DNA of 64,000 bases from an uncultured Actinomycetota bacterium (lineage in GTDB: Bacteria; Actinomycetota; Actinomycetes; Propionibacteriales; Nocardioidaceae): NCBI GenBank assembly GCA_963769475.1, contig CAVYLX010000003.1:7097-71096 (forward strand). Direction: 5' to 3'. The translations under genes were made by a program, and so were the position numbers. Shown here piece by piece: positions 63,089 to 64,000 of the stretch. The first letter of the stretch is position 1. Every line of letters begins with the position of its first letter. Under the pieces are notes generated by a model. It saw only the letters and a list, made by a program, of their open reading frames with translations. It searched no databases and was not told where the DNA came from.

Positions 63089-63863
63089 CGGGCGAGGGCT
63101 CGGTGTCGGCGTCGGTGAACGCCGCCCCGCCTCCGAAACCGTCGCGCACCCGCGCATCACCGAGGACACGGTAGGGCGCCGCCGACGTCGACGCGCGGGC
63201 GGCCAAGGCCTCGTGCGGTACGCCGGTCCGCGACGCCACCACCAACAGGTTGCCCGCCCGTCGGCCGCGCAAGGTGGCCGGCTCGGCACTCAGCATCAGC
63301 GTGCCGAAGACGTCGCGCAGGCCGGCCACGACCCGGCGGGTCCACGCGAACGGCGCCCGGTCCGTGAGGTTCAGCAGCACCAGCCCGTCCGGGTCGAGCA
63401 CCCGCGCCACGTCGGTGAGGAACTCGAGGGTCACCAGGTCCGCCGGCACGCGGGCGTCGGCGTACGCGTCGACGACGACCAGCTGGGCCTGGCCGTCCCG
63501 CAGGTCGGCCATCCCCGTCCGGCCGTCGGTGGGCCGCACCTTGATCCCGCTGCGCCGGGGCAGTGGCAGCTCGAGCCGCACCTGCTCCGTCAGTGCCTCG
63601 TCGGGCTCGAGCACGACCTGCCACGAACCAGGACGCGTGGCGGCGACGTACCTCGGCAGGGTCATCCCGGCGCCGCCGACGTGCACGATCCGCACGGGAC
63701 CAGGTGCCGTATAGACGTCGACCACGTCGGCCATCCGGCGTACGTAGTCGAAGGCGATCCGGGTCGGGTCGGTCAGGTCGACGTGCGACTGGTCCATGCC
63801 AGCGAGCCGCACGACGAAGCTGTCGGTCCCGTCGGCCGGGAGGATCTCCACATCGGACATCAT
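63072..63863 (-). CDS. Spermidine synthase-like SAM-dependent methyltransferase-fold protein
   Basis: Intact ORF: ...IAFDYVRRMADVVDVYTAPGPVRIVHVGGAGMTLPRYVAATRPGSWQVVLEPDEAL...LVVVDAYADARVPADLVTLEFLTDVARVLDPDGLVLLNL. Its 3' end overlaps the convergent NTF2 gene by 17 nt. Confidence 0.65.
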   Translation of the reverse strand: MMSDVEILPADGTDSFVVRLAGMDQSHVDLTDPTRIAFDYVRRMADVVDVYTAPGPVRIVHVGGAGMTLPRYVAATRPGSWQVVLEPDEALTEQVRLELPLPRRSGIKVRPTDGRTGMADLRDGQAQLVVVDAYADARVPADLVTLEFLTDVARVLDPDGLVLLNLTDRAPFAWTRRVVAGLRDVFGTLMLSAEPATLRGRRAGNLLVVASRTGVPHEALAARASTSAAPYRVLGDARVRDGFGGGAAFTDADTEPSPVSRPG

Positions 63864-63869
63864 GGAGGA

Positions 63870-64000
63870 GTGGGCACGGAGATCGCGGACTTCCTCGACC
63901 TGGTCTCACAGCTGCCCGACGTGACCCGCACTGATCACGACCGCTACTCCAAGTTCGAGGTCGGGTCCCGGACCTTCGGCTACCTCTGGGAGCCGACCTG
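63870..64000 (+). CDS. Partial ORF running off the window end (possibly MmcQ/YjbR-like); weak call
   Basis: GTG 63870: VGTEIADFLDLVSQLPDVTRTDHDRYSKFEVGSRTFGYLWEPT... Good GC3 bias; no stop before the window end. Confidence 0.3.
   Translation, partial: MGTEIADFLDLVSQLPDVTRTDHDRYSKFEVGSRTFGYLWEPT

Overview
High-GC (about 70%) actinobacterial chromosome segment. The gene families resemble Nocardioidaceae/Propionibacteriales, but that taxon call is only a guess. I can support about 58 protein-coding loci. I saw no rRNA, tRNA, CRISPR array, transposase or integrase.

Layout:
- 1-21 kb: two MMPL/TetR pairs, a cobB-like sirtuin, a SAM methyltransferase, menB, the recC-recB-recD operon and an ABC-2 exporter.
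- 21-35 kb: a TauE exporter, an ECF sigma factor, and a cluster of three secreted stand-alone SGNH esterase paralogs with an AT3-SGNH acyltransferase, a lytic transglycosylase and trpS. Then a gamma-carbonic-anhydrase-like gene start/stop-overlapped with a class III adenylate cyclase, and a MarR/MFS/cupin unit.
- 35-51 kb: a choline/glycine-betaine catabolic island (etfBA, DMG-oxidase-like GcvT fusion, Opu-type ABC importer, betA, betB, BCCT transporter, IclR regulator, purU).
- 51-55.3 kb: a lower-GC hipBA toxin-antitoxin module, two tandem saccharopine-dehydrogenase-like paralogs, and a small promoter/small-ORF unit.
- 55.3-62.7 kb: the most interesting part. It holds an MttB-superfamily methyltransferase, an IclR regulator, a B12-binding corrinoid protein, a pterin-binding methyltransferase, a RACo/RamA-like reductive activase, DUF1638 and a MetF-like reductase. 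Together these form a corrinoid/THF-dependent quaternary-amine demethylation system wired into the betaine island. A shared GTTGCG-N5-CGCAAC palindrome occurs at several promoters across both parts.

Major caveat: about half of the genes cannot be read in one frame. The single-base indels are very unevenly distributed. I call those loci pseudogene (frameshifted as sequenced), but sequencing or assembly error is at least as likely as real decay. Their boundaries are approximate where noted.
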